Of a stretch of DNA of 64,000 bases, positions 1 to 12,088 are shown in pieces. How positions within the stretch are numbered: the stretch's first letter is position 1; each line of letters opens with the position of its first letter. The position numbers and the translations under genes were made by a program. The DNA is from Asterias rubens. Lineage: Eukaryota. Location: positions 1,674,001-1,738,000 of the forward strand of contig NC_047079.1 in NCBI RefSeq assembly GCF_902459465.1, given 5' to 3'. A model generated the notes under the pieces. That model ran no database searches. It was not told the origin of the DNA and worked only from the letters and a program-made list of their open reading frames with translations.

Positions 1-1985
1 AGCTCTTCAGATTGACACACAGTTCTCTTGGTATAGCAGCAATTATTTTGTACTACTACCATGAGAGCAGATGTGAGTGGTTTGATTCCACTGGTGCTTA
101 GTTCAGGATTTGTGAGTTTCAAATTTGCATCGTGATGAAAATAAAATAAATTGGTGCATGACGAAAGAAGAGTTAGGTTTCGTGAGGTGACTTATGTTCA
201 ACATACTTTCAAGATCTGTTTTTGTTCTTTTTAAACGAGGTTTGCTTGTATTTTCTATGGTTATTAACATTTTGCAGTTTTGTTTACAAATTGGCTTTTT
301 CTAATTTCCACACCTGAAGCTACTGGAAAATTTCAGTATTTGGGGGTGGATATGGCAACATCTAATGCTACATTACAGCAGCCCGGCATTACATTTAGTT
401 TTTGTTGTTTTAAAAACGCAGGACAAAGAGTGGGGAGGAAACAGTTATATTCCAAAGTTTCCAAATTGGTTATCACCACATATGACCTTCTACAATATCT
501 AATGAAATTTCCTTTCAAGTGACTGAAAGATGATGTTCCTTCCAAATATTCTGATAAAATAAACTTTTTGACTGTTAACTTCTCAGGAAAACAACACAAT
601 TATTACTTGAGACTTGATTTTAGAGAAGAGGGTGGGCTAGAAATCTTTTGTGACCTCGCTTGAAAACTGCACAAGTGTTTGTATAGTTGGAGCATTAGGT
701 TGTCATTTTCTTTCAATATTTTCCTTTAACTTCACTTACCAATTGTGCCCAAATTTGTACCAAAAATTGGTATTGTCATGCAAAAGTGACGTTGGGATCA
801 ACAAGTGAGAACTGTTCTTTAAACATTTAAAGATTAGTATCCTTTAAAGGTAATATTTTTAAAGACATCTAGTGTAGTTTTCAAGAAGAGGTGGGTTTAT
901 TCTCAAATTTAAAAAGTTTTGAGCAGGACTGTTTTGTAATTTTTAATGAAGTAAAAAACACGATACTGAAATGATTTTATTGTGTACATGATATCAAAGT
1001 TCAACTTTAATTATTCATACTGTAATTTTGTAACAAGATCTTATTCGTGTTATTTTATGCACAGCCTATGTTGAGATACACCAAGTGAGGAGACTGGTCT
1101 TTGACAACTACCAATTGTGTCCAGTGTCGTCAAATTAACCCACCATCTCAAAATCCTTGCTCTATGATCTCAACAAGTTGGTTGGCACTTCCAAAGCTCC
1201 AATAGATTGGGGGGTTTTTGTACGCAAAGTTTATTTTTTTTGAAAAAAAGTGACCATTTCACTTTAATGGTGATTTAAAATTAACGGAGAATTTACCATT
1301 AAAGCATAGAGATTTTACATGGTTTGGCTGTCATGTTGACCATAATTGTTCATGTAAACAATGTTGCCTGAGTTAGTGCCCTCCTATGGTTAGATTAACC
1401 TCCGTTCATTGCGAGTTGGTGCGCAGGATAGCATCTGTGGGGGCATTTTTAATGGCTGATGCAGAGGAATACCGCAATCTCAATAAAGTCTAGCTTCAGT
1501 CTGAATTTGCCATGCAGTTAGACTTGACTCAAGTCCCAATCCGATGCCATCACCAGAAAAACTAGTGTTTTGTGATGCTCAGCAATCCCTTATACTGTTC
1601 CGTATGTTTCTCATGACCACAATTTGAAATTCCAAAATACCTATATTTGAACGGCTGGCAATACTGTTATACGGCTTGTGTGCTAGTTGGCGCAATAGGC
1701 CTATGCTTTAAAGGCACTGGACTTCTTTGGTAATATTGTCAAAGACCAGGCTTCTCACTTTGTGTACATTATCTGAGGAGGAAGAAGCATAAATTAACAA
1801 ACCTGTGAAAATTTGAACTCAATTGGTCATAGAAGTTTCAAGAGAAGAAGAAACACCCTTGTCACACAATTTGTGTGCTTTTAGGTACTTGGAGACCTCA
1901 GCTGAGGTCTCAAATTTAATTCAAATATTTAAGTGAGAAATTATTTCATTCTCAAAAGCTTTGTACTTCAGTTTCAACCCTAAAA

Positions 1986-3515
1986 AAGGTTTTGATGAAA
2001 TTGTTGGTTGTGATTGAAATTGTTGTAAATTTTAGATGAGATGAATTTTCAATAACAAGGTTTGATAGCGAGTAGGCCTACCAAGCCTGTCATTATAATG
2101 TTGAATTACCTCACATGCCTAAAGGGACATGTTGCTTTGAGTTGCGTTTTGTTGTTGTTTTAGAAAGTGCTTTTGCTATGAAATGGATGTGGTTGGAAAG
2201 ATGTTTCAAAATTAGAAAAATAACAAACCGCACAAATGTTCCTGAAAATCGTTTGGTTTCCCTATTACCCTCTTGAACTAACACTAACTGCCATTTTGTT
2301 GAACAAATTTTTTTTTTACTCTACAAAATGTCACACCATTTTAGTTCACAAAGTAAAAGGAAACACAGTTTTGAGGCACATCAGTGTAAATAATTATACA
2401 CTACTTTTCTACTGTGACTTTTGCAATGTTTTTAATCAACCAAAAAAAAAAAACTATAAAAACAACTGCATGTGTTCATTAACTTGGGCCGATTTCACAA
2501 ATTTTGCAAATCAATACTAGTAAGTTAAAAGTGTGATGTAACAATGTAAAGAACTATGGTGATACTGAACAATTTTCTTACGACGGATTTTATTGTTTTG
2601 TGAAATCGACGACCCTAGGTTCATGTCATAACAAAAGCTTCCATAGTCCAAAGCGCCACATCTAAAAGCATTATGTGTTTCTTTAAGAAGGTTTTCCATG
2701 AAATCAATGATTGTGATTGTGATTGAAATGTGAGATGTGATGAATTTTCAACAAGGTTTGATAATGAGTACTGAGCCTGACTTGTTCATGTTGAATTACC
2801 CCACATGCCGAAAGGGATAAGTTAATATTGCATTGGATATGTTTGACTTAAAAAATGCTTGCTTTGAAATGGATATGGTTGAAAAGATGTTTCAAAGTTT
2901 GAAAAATAATTATACACCTGGAAATTGTTTGGTTTTCCTTTTACCCTATTGAACTAACACGATCTGCCATTTTGTTGAAACAAATTTTTGATCCCACAAA
3001 ATAGCAGACCATTTCAGTTCACTAAGTTAAATGAAAAACACACAGTTTTGAGGCACATTAATAGAAATAGTTCTACATGCTACTTTTAAAGATTGATGTC
3101 TTATTAAACGCTTTCATAGTCCCCAAAGTGCCAAATCTAAAAGCACAGTGTCTCTTAAAGAAGGTTTATGAACTCTTTGATTGTGATTGAAATTCGTTGA
3201 ATTTTGAGATGTGATGAATTTTCATCAGTAAGATTTTATAACGAGTACTGAGCCCTGACTTTTGTTGAATTACATCTAGTGATTGGGCATTTTTTGCTTC
3301 AAAATGTGCTTGTTATTATGAATTATAGTTTGAAAGATGTTTCAAAATAAAAACAAATGATCAACACAATTATACCTGTAAATATTGTGTAGTCCTTTTT
3401 ACCCTCTAAACAACCTGCTATTTTGTTGAAGAATATTTTTAACCCCCACAAAATGGCGTACTAGTTTAACATATTTCACAACGTCCCTTGTCCGCTATCA
3501 AAAGCACTTTCCCAA
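1986..3515. repeat. Three diverged tandem copies (~700, ~470, ~355 bp)
   Basis: Shared blocks TTGTGATTGAAAT..GATGAATTTTCA..GAGTA...GAAAGATGTTTCAAA...TTTTGAGGCACAT, restarting at ~1986, ~2688 and ~3160. Confidence 0.75.
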
Positions 3516-3689
3516 GGTTGTATGAACTTAAACTTCACATAATATTCATTAGAAGAGGAAACCATTTAAGTTCTGTTATGGGTGCCAATCTGTTTTGAAA
3601 GATAGGAGGGGGAGGGGACATCGTTGGTCATAACATTTACGGCGTGGTTTAAACATAAGTATAGGGAGATTACACATGAGTTAACAAAA

Positions 3690-3977
3690 CTGGGGGAACA
3701 TCCCCCTCCCCAGGATTGATGCCAGTGACGGGACACAGAGCTGGGGGAACATCCCCCTCCCCAGGATTGATGCCAGTGACGGGACACAGAGCTGGGGGAA
3801 CATCCCCCTCCCCAGGATTGATGCCAGTGACGGGACACAGAGCTGGGGGAACATCCCCCTCCCCAGGATTGATGCCAGTGACGGGACACAGAGCTGGGGG
3901 AACATCCCCCTCCCCAGGATTGATGCCAGTGACAACATCCCCCTCCCCAGGATTGATGCCAGTGACGGGACACAGAG
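3690..3977. repeat. 51-bp minisatellite, ~5.5 near-identical copies
   Basis: Unit CTGGGGGAACATCCCCCTCCCCAGGATTGATGCCAGTGACGGGACACAGAG at 3690, 3741, 3792, 3843 and 3894, plus a partial copy; explains the three repetitive ORFs in the track. Confidence 0.97.
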
Positions 3978-4764
3978 TTTGGTCTTGTGGGTCTTACAAA
4001 GTGCAAAACTTTAGCCTTGGGATGGGTTTGTCTTTTAAGGGGATGTGTAAATCTGTCAACATTGAAGTATTCGGGTAAGAAGCCTTTACGGCGTTGGGTC
4101 CAGGCTCGCTTAGGGACCCGTGCAAATTTTGCATTTCAGATGCTCTGTGGTGCAGTGCAATCTTAGGCCAATTTCTAGGGGGACATTTGATATAGTGCCC
4201 TCGCCCTTCAGAAGTTGGGGGGGGGGGGGGCACACACATTGACATTTATTCTTTTAGATGCTTAACTTTTTTATCTACTGCCTTCCCGAACGAATATGCA
4301 CGATTGTCATATATTAGTTTGGGGTTCAGCAGAAATTATTGCTTGGCAAATTTCTTTGCTAAGCACAAATATACTTGTGGGAAACCAGTCGTTACATTGT
4401 AAACTCTAAGGACTTTTGGCCGGCACTGAGTTTCTGCTAAGCAATATTTGTCTGTGCTTAGAACATAGTTTGTGCATGAATTTGTGCTTGCATCAGGCTT
4501 TATGAAATCGGGCCCTGCTTGAAGCCCCTTGTGCCCAAGCCGTGGTTGTAGGTGTGACAAAGGGACACTGACTGCCACTAAGCCCGATCCACTCACACTT
4601 GGGATTAATACAAGTTTAATAATTTAAAAGCTAACTTTTGTAACATATCAAGTTAACTACTAAAATTGTTAATGCACTGTGTAACTATTATTTCTGAGCT
4701 AACAGTCTTAGTTTGATTCTCAAAAAGTAAAACAATCATGATTAATTTTAACATAAGTATGCCG

Positions 4765-5037
4765 TACCGGTGTCAGATGCAATTGTGTCCGCCATGCAAT
4801 ACTGTCCGCTCCGGACACTTTTGCATATGCAATCGTGTCCGGGGCTACGGTTTTGCACGTGGGCGGACACAAATGCATATGCAAATGTGTCCGGGCGGAC
4901 ACAATTGCATTATGCAGCAGCGTCCGGGCGGACACGACTGCATATGCAAAACCGTCCGTCCGGAGGACATTATTGCGTATGCAATAATGTCCTCCGGATA
5001 TTGCATAGAGGACATATTATTGCATGCGACACCGGCA
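4765..5037. mobile_element. MITE-like element filled with tandem ~27-bp palindromes centred on TGCATATGCA
   Basis: Imperfect TIR T.CCGGTGTC..ATGCAAT; about 7-8 units such as GGACACAAATGCATATGCAAATGTGTCC. Confidence 0.7.
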
Positions 5038-5414
5038 ATGAACTAAACAATGCGACTCTGCAGCTCTACTACATCCACAATCTCGGGTGCTGATTTTCAG
5101 AACCTATTGAACTCTAAGATATTGGCGCCTGGTTACATTATTCCTTATCTTAAAACACTATCGATCTACTTACAAAGGTGGTTCTTGAAAATTGATTGAT
5201 AAACTTCCTAATACTGTGTTCTTATTGTGCACTCTACCTGGGCGTTAAATAACTAACATTGAATATAAAGATAAATTAATACCATTCATACCTCAAACAG
5301 AAAAGAGTAAACAATAGAAAGAACAGGTGACCAGCCAAAGCAGTGTGCGTGTTGAGGTTAATGTGATTCTCGATTCCTGCCGATTTTGATAGCTAGGACT
5401 GCAGCTGAAAATTT

Positions 5415-5785
5415 TAAAGGGAAGGTACACGTTTGCGTAATTACTCAAAACAAATATTAACTTACAAACTGACTTGGTAACGAGCATTGGAGAGCTGTCG
5501 ACAGTATAAAACATTGTGAGAAATGGCTCCCTCTGAAGTAGCATAGATTTCGAGAAAGAGGTAATTTCCCACTAAAATAATAAAATACTTCTAGCCAGAA
5601 GTCTTTTATTCCTACTGAAAGCACACAAATTCGTCCAACAAGTGTGTTTTTTCTCTCATCATTTTCTTGCATCTTCGATGACCAATTGAGCTCAAATTTT
5701 CCCAGGCATGTTATTTTATGATTTTGGGATACACCAAGTGAGAAGACAGGTCTTTGACGATTACCAAACGTGTACCTTCCCTTTA
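5415..5785. mobile_element. MITE family A (variant TIR TAAAGGGAAGGTACACGTTTG)
   Basis: Perfect ~21 bp TIR, TA flanks, body shared with other family A copies. Confidence 0.85.
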
Positions 5786-6126
5786 AGGTTGCAATGCTCC
5801 CGAGTTTTTTTGTTTGTTTTTGTTTGTATTTTTTTAAAGACTATTCCCTCCCCCCTTTTTAACTATAGCTCAATAAGTCTAAAATGTTTGCGGAAAATCA
5901 GTCAGAAACAGACATTTGAGCAACTTTTTTTTTCTACGACACCAATTCACAAAATACGAAAATCGCACCAGATAAAAACGAACGAACATGCGTCTGCTTC
6001 AGTCTGAAGTCTCAAACATGTTTCAATGTAAATGTTGGTTCATTATGTCCGTTTCAATGTGTTTGACAACACCTTTGTTTAACTGGTGTTCAATTGCGCT
6101 GATGATCAGCTAAACATGGTTTTCAC

Positions 6127-6870
6127 TCACTGATATTCATAGTAGACGCAGTTCTCCTTCAAGTACTTGTCAGCATCAACCTGGGAGATGGTGACGTTGT
6201 TGAGTTGGCACATCTTCCCAGACAGGTTGAAGGAGTGGCAGTTGGGATCCTTGGAGCAAGCCAGGCAGCACTGTATGGGGTCTTGGATGTAGGTTTCCTT
6301 GAAGGTGTGGCCGAGCAGACAGTAGGGTGTGGCTTGATGATCTGAATCCTTGATGTTGACAGCGAAGCAGCGAATATGACCAGGGCAGATGTTCCTCTCA
6401 CACAGAAAAAGTTTGTCCTGACTACATTTTGGGTTACCCCAATAGCCACTGGAAATCCTTATGGTTAAACATGTGTTGTTGGCGTGTTCTTTATTCGGGT
6501 CCAAGTTCTGGTACTCATTCTGGTCATCATTGTAACATTTTAACTGTCCAGGAACCTCTATGCCACAAGTGCAACCCAACCACATGTTTAATTTCTTGAC
6601 ATATTTTTTCAGAATGTCCTTGTGTAATTTCCAAATGAAATCGTTTTCGGTTTTTGAGTTTGGTACAGCCAGGTCACTTCAAGCTTCAAGGCATACCTGA
6701 CGAGCTTGAGTTCAGTTGAGTGGTGTATCAGTGACCATCATGTAGCATGACTGACCAAACTGCCTCCAACCACAGGGACAGCCAAGGGAGCGAATTGCTC
6801 TGACCACCGATTGACCGACAATCATCAGAAGAAATCCACTCATCAAAATACAGGCTTGTTTGAGATTCAT
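6127..6870 (-). pseudogene. Intronless secreted C-type lectin + PAN/Apple domain gene with two in-frame TGA codons
   Basis: Manual translation from ATG at 6870: MNLKQACILMSGFLLMIVGQSVVRA (signal-like), CPCGWRQFGQSCY...N*TQARQVCLEA*SDLAVPNSKTENDFI...MWLGC...CLTI...W...C...LFLCE (CTLD), then CLLGHTFKE...QCCLACSKDPNCHSFNL...CQLN (PAN/Apple). One frame throughout; TGA at 6714-6712 and 6681-6679. Confidence 0.88.
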
Positions 6871-7953
6871 GGTTGGAAAATAATTTCAAGGCCTTTTCTC
6901 CTGAACACAAAATTAAATTATAGGTCTATCGCCGATGAATTTAAGATTTGTGAAACATACATGTCTTTATTTTGGGAATTATTAACTGACGTAATTCCAG
7001 TAGATTTTAATTCACCAGTGAGTCCAGCACACGATCGCATCGTTCGTGATGCAAATTATGGGATATAAACCTAGCTCTGGCAGTTGTATCGACCAGACTT
7101 TGGAAAGAGCAGAATGAAATCGTGTAACTTATATTTTAAGCTCCTCCCTCACGCTAGTCTTTTGTCATGTTATTATCAGTGTTGGCGCTGATGAAGCCAT
7201 AGACTTGATTCAAGTCTTAGATCGCGGTTATTTTTCTACATCTCAACCACGAAAACGCTCCCGCATTATTAGCTATCACGCGCCCTAACTCGTAGGATAA
7301 AATGACGAAGAAATATCACAAGAGGGCGTTGTTTGTAGCAGCTTTCAGGACGACTAAAAAGCCACAATCGAAGACTTGGAACCAAGTCTAATGAAGCCAG
7401 AGCGCCTTGAGACAGGGGCCTTCTTGCTCCCCCATGAGAAGGAAAATAAATGTCAAAATTAATGGTTCGATATTTTGTGCCTGCTTCTCTCTCCACAATG
7501 ATTGGTTCGATATTTTGGTTCTGCCCTCTCCTTATTATTTCATTACCCCCTGCCTACCTGCTTCTCTCTCCACAAAATAAAACCGTCTGGTTACCCCACT
7601 GCTTATGACTGCTTATAGCAACACACCCTCAATAATGTCAATACTCCCCAACACTCTTGTGACAAAGGCCCCCCCCCCCCCTTACAGGAACACCACTCTA
7701 TAATATGTAAGAAACAAGTCAAGTTAGTAAATTTTTCATTTGAAATCGTTTTAGCTAAATGCAACACATCTGGTTATCAGTGGAGCTAATTAATTTGTGC
7801 GAAGTGGGCGGGACTTGCAGTGGAACTACATGTACGTCACACTTGGGAAAGTGTGTGCTTTAGTATTATTATTTTTTGCGAAGATGCCGCCAATCCAGTA
7901 GGCCTGGATTTTAATAATCTATAAGTCAATCCATCCAACGCGCAACTATACAT

Positions 7954-8142
7954 GGCCCAATTGTTATAAAGCTGCTGAAGCAGAAAGTATTGTTTACAAG
8001 TCTTCATGCTTAGCACAAATTAGCAGGATACCAGTCAGAAATTAATGGTACATGTGACATAGTATTTTGGCTGGTAACCTTATTCTGGTAAGCATGATTT
8101 GGTTGTGTGCTGTGCTACTTTTTGTGCTCTATGAAATTGGGC
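7954..8142. mobile_element. MITE family G (TIR GGCCCAATTTCATAGAGC)
   Basis: TIR plus shared TTTGGCTGGTAACCTTATTCTG core. Other copies or fragments at 36375-36515, 42054-42257, ~12755-12900, ~19780-19870, ~42770-43050, ~48895-49020, ~58255-58450 and ~61500-61600. Confidence 0.7.
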
Positions 8143-8630
8143 TGCTGTCGTGAGAGAAATGATAAAGACCTTGATGCTTCTCTGAACAAAAGATTTGGCT
8201 CTTGCGTCGATTAGAGCTTGGATAAAGCAGAACGGTATCGTGTTGGTTATAGTTAACTTCTGAAATTATTTTGCTGTAGATATAATTCGTTGTTTTTGTC
8301 TCACATGGCGTGAACAAAAAATTACCCACCTGAATTTTTGAGGGTTGAATTTGTGCACCTTGAAGCCATTAGCTCTAAATGGAGGAAGCAGATTTGTATT
8401 ACGAAAAGAACAGTTTGGGCCACCTTTTTTATTGGGAAATAAAAATTATTCGACTAAAAGTTGTTCAAAAGTGGTTCGACCCAGTGTTCTTGGCTGTGGC
8501 TGCTGAATGCGCCGTAGCACCTTGTAAACCATAATAAGGTGCTACATTGGGTCTCAGAATTCATCACTGCAATTACCTTTCTTTCTGAAAGTTTGTATAT
8601 GCTCAGCGCCTTGAGTACCTTGTTTGGTAG

Positions 8631-9011
8631 AAGCAGTGGACATTATTGGACTTACTCAAAATAATTATTAGCACAAAACCTTTCTTGGTGATAAGTAATG
8701 GGAGAGGTTGGTGGTATAAAACATTGTGAGAAACAGCTCCCTCTGAAGTGCCATAGTTTTCGAGAGAGAATTATTTTTCCACGAATTTGATTTCGAGACC
8801 TCAAGTTTAGAACTTGAGGTCTCGAAATCAACCATCTAAACGCACACAACTTCGTGTGACAAGGGTGTATTTCTCCTTTCATTATTATCTCGCAACTTTG
8901 ATGACCGATTGAGCTCAAATTTTCACAGGTTTGTTATTTTATGCATATGTTGAGATACACCAACTGTGAAGGCTAGTCTTTGACAATTACCAATAGTGTC
9001 CACTGCCTTTA
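8631..9011. mobile_element. MITE family A inserted in the 3' tail of a SINE
   Basis: TIR GCAGTGGACA.../...TGTCCACTGCCTTTA; the SINE tail resumes as TATAAGACT at ~9014. Confidence 0.85.
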
Positions 9012-9714
9012 AATATAAGACTTCAATATTATTCATGTATATACTGCTGTGACCGGTTTCCTGCTGATTTATTATAGCTATTTATAGGCCCCTCGAGTTA
9101 CTCTAAAAACGCCCTTTTAATGAAACACAAAAACAAACACATACTGCGAGATTCACTGTATAGTATTTAGTTTGAACTCTGGAGAAATCAACATACAGTT
9201 TATTGAAAAAAAAATCAATTATTGTTATTATTATAATGAAAATCTACAGAACAGAAAGTTTTTATTTTGAAGGGTCTTCTTTTTTTTAGTGAATTTAGGT
9301 ACAATAATACTGCATGCGCTGTATAAGACGACTACAATTAAATAAGATTGAAACATAATTTATGATTCTTTATAAATTATGAGGAGAAAAACCCAAACTA
9401 ATGGACCAGCTATGAACAATCATAGAGTGACCACTACGGTTGACTAATTACCAAGTGGAGATACTTCTTGTCTTTTCAGTGCTCATGTGGAATGATATCT
9501 TTAAAAGAGTGGTTTTATTAATAATAGTTTTGCGCAAATTCGTGTGTTTTCAGATGCCTAATGTGCGGCTTCAGCCATGAAGTATTTTAATATTTTGAGT
9601 GAGAAAAAGAAAACTATGTAACCCTAGAGGGAGACGTTTCTCACAACTTTTTTTTTTTCTTTTTTCTATCAACAGATATTCTTAACATTCAAGTAATTTG
9701 GATTTCGATGTCAC

Positions 9715-10074
9715 TTAAAGGATTTGGGTACTTTTTCAAAATGTCCATAGATTTACAATAAACTTACAGGGTTTGACGATAATGATAGTGGAAAGCTTCC
9801 CTTCAAATGTTACTTACTGAGGTGCTGTTGTTTTTGAGAGATGAGTAAAACAATGTCATGAAAATACGTTTGTAAATGCTTAAAATTATTTTGGTCTCAT
9901 GAGACGAAAATTATTTCATTACATTGTTTTACTCAATTCCCAAAAACTACAGCACCTCAGCACGTAATATTTTCAGGGAAGCTTTCTACTATCATTATCT
10001 TCACACTGTGTAAGTTTATAGTGTAAATCTGTGGACATTGTGTGTTTTGTCCTACAAAAAGTACACACCCTTTA
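9715..10074. mobile_element. MITE family C
   Basis: TAAAGG..GGGTACTTTTT / AAAAAGTAC..CCCTTTA ends, internal palindrome around GTCTCATGAGAC. Second copy at 57417-57780 and a half copy at ~48090-48276. Confidence 0.8.
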
Positions 10075-10919
10075 AACCATGCAAGAATAGCGAACATTAG
10101 TACTTACAAAAATTCTAAATTAAATTCTTTTTTATTTAACAATAACATTTTTCATTTAACAATAACAAACAAAATAATAAATAAATCAAAATAAATAAAT
10201 AAATACGAACATCCCGTCCCTGAACAATACGGAATTAATCAATAATGCATTTTCATATTTATAACAAATGTTTCACTTTAAATGAAAACCGTCTATAGTT
10301 GCAAAGAATCTCAGTACTACGAACAGTATATTTTACACAAATATATCTTAAATAATTTGAATAAATGAATTTGTATTTGCTTATAGTTTTGGTTTTCGCC
10401 TGCTACACACCTCTAGGTTTCTTTGTGTGAATTAAAATCGCAATCGATTCTTTGGTAATGCATCTAAATACATTTAATGTATCTGATGCCTTCTTGAGCT
10501 AGAAGTAATTGCACTTTGTACTGCTTGAGGACTTTCTTGTAACAATATCAAGTCCTCCTCACCACCCCTTCCCCTTACATTATATATTATACCAAAACAT
10601 GTCTTGCCTCAGCAATTTATAGAAACTAAATAAAAATTTAATACAATTTTTACAAACCACCCTCTGCAACTTTGGTTAAACGAGTTATTATCCAAGCACG
10701 GTCGGTACCTTTTCTATAGACACGCCCCTCCCACGCCTCTCAACAATCCTGAGTTTATGAACAATGCATTTCATGTTTATAACAATGGTGGCGCTTATAA
10801 TGAAACCACTAGAGAGCAAGTTCGAGCAAAGACTAAGGTTAGAGTGTGCACCGTGGTTAACTAGTAAAATGTTGACCATTAGTTTTGACTCGAACCTAGG
10901 CTAGTCGCCCAGTGGTTGA

Positions 10920-11060
10920 CTATGGGTGCGTTCGATTAGCTTCCCCCCCCCCCCGGTCGACCCCGGTGTATGGCGTTTTTTCCCATGACGAACGTGTGCA
11001 GATAATTGCCCACGTTCGTCCTGGTAAAAAAACCCTGCCACAAACCGGCGGCCCTCACTG
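10920..11060. mobile_element. Truncated palindromic MITE abutting the promoter
   Basis: Hairpin GACGAACGTG...CACGTTCGTC with CCGGTGTATGGCG / GCCACAAACCGG arms; right arm incomplete. Confidence 0.55.
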
Positions 11061-11084
11061 ACACCAACTACGGGTTCCTTACTG

Positions 11085-11165
11085 ATTGGAATTTGATTGG
11101 GGAATTCCGGAAGTGACGTATGGAAAACATATCCCCAGCTGTGTACATGTACCACATGCGCAATG
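11085..11165 (+). promoter_or_regulatory. Probable promoter of the SH2D5-like gene: two inverted CCAAT boxes and a composite ETS-CRE site
   Basis: ATTGG at 11085 and 11096; CCGGAAGTGACGTA at 11107-11120; TGCGCA near 11157; about 200 bp upstream of the ATG. Confidence 0.6.
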
Positions 11166-11310
11166 CTTGAGTTAACGTGTAGCTAGCAGCGAAAGCAATC
11201 GTTCGTTGCGTTTCGTGTTTGTGGAAGAATGGAACAATCAGACAGGATGGACGAACTTTGACAGAACTTTTGACTCTAAAATTTCCTGTGATCAAAACAT
11301 CAAATCAAAA

Positions 11311-11610
11311 ATGTTTAACGTAAGAGGAAGTAGAACAGTCACAGAGGAAGAAAGTGGGATGGACTTGTCATCAAAGAGAGCCAGTTATTTAGAAAGGCGA
11401 GCCCGTTTGCTGAGCGACGTGTCTGTGTCCAGTTCTAGTTCACACAGCTCCGAACCCGACCCGGACAGCTTAGCGGGGATGAGACTCCGAGGAAGCCCCG
11501 TGCCTTCACCGGGCGGTCCCCGCAATGGCACGCGGGGACAGGCCGGCCCGAGTAACGGCGTGGATTTTGCTGATGAGTGGAGCACAAAAGGGGTGGCAAA
11601 AACGTGTGAG
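11311..11610 (+). CDS. SH2D5: Probable first coding exon of SH2D5-like PTB-domain adaptor gene (Ser-rich low-complexity N-terminus, MFNVRGSRT...GVAKTCE)
   Basis: GC/CpG-rich 100-codon open frame inside ORF 11206..11667, just downstream of a promoter-like motif cluster. It ends at a GAG|GTAGGA donor in phase 0 and joins exon 28429 to give AKTCE-YVGSFSV, like the start of the SH2D5 PTB domain. The start codon (11311 vs a later ATG) and the link across a 16.8 kb intron are inferred. Confidence 0.7.
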
Positions 11611-11971
11611 GTAGGATACATTTTTGTTTGGTGTATTTGTAATAAAAATGTGTGGGTATTCACATAAAAAATATGTGTTTACATTACAGAAACGTGTCTG
11701 ATGTTATATTTTCCAACAAGTTTTAGGCCCATGGAGAAGTTAAAAAAATTAGGTTTTGTGGATTTAAATTTGTATGTAGCTAGCTCCACGTCTATTGCAC
11801 CTGTAGAATTTGATTAACTGTATTTATTAGTTTTGTCTTAGTGAGTTGTGATAACCATACCTTTCTACTTAAAAAGTACTCAGAACAGAGTATGAGGTTC
11901 GTTCTGCTATTGTCTCCATGAACGAACCTCATCGTTCTAGGAGTAGAAAGTACTCAGAAAACAGATAACTT

Positions 11972-12088
11972 TCCGTATGGCGCCGCCTCTTTTTCACTCT
12001 TTTTTACAAAAGGGGATATCTCATTGAGGTAATTAGATAATTTATTGTTTCATATCGAATGAAAAAGTGGTGGTGCCATACGGAAACT
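11972..12088. mobile_element. Short MITE (TIR TTCCGTATGGC.CC)
   Basis: TTCCGTATGGCGCCGCC ... GGTGGTGCCATACGGAA. Confidence 0.6.

Noticed and set aside
1374-1389. Isolated CTCF-like match TAGTGCCCTCCTATGG (and a weaker one near 7318)
   Set aside because: Single degenerate matches are expected by chance without occupancy data.
3566-4078. Three repetitive ORFs and a CRISPR-like look of the 51-bp array
   Set aside because: The 'spacers' are identical, there are no cas genes, and the context is eukaryotic. The ORFs are a by-product of a unit length divisible by 3.
4720-5093. Overlapping ORFs on both strands with Cys/His repeats
   Set aside because: Explained by palindromic MITE units; no domain or splice support.
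6679-6714. Mitochondrial-code (TGA=Trp) NUMT explanation for the lectin stops
   Set aside because: A secreted lectin is not mitochondrial, and the second TGA aligns with a Gly-type position.
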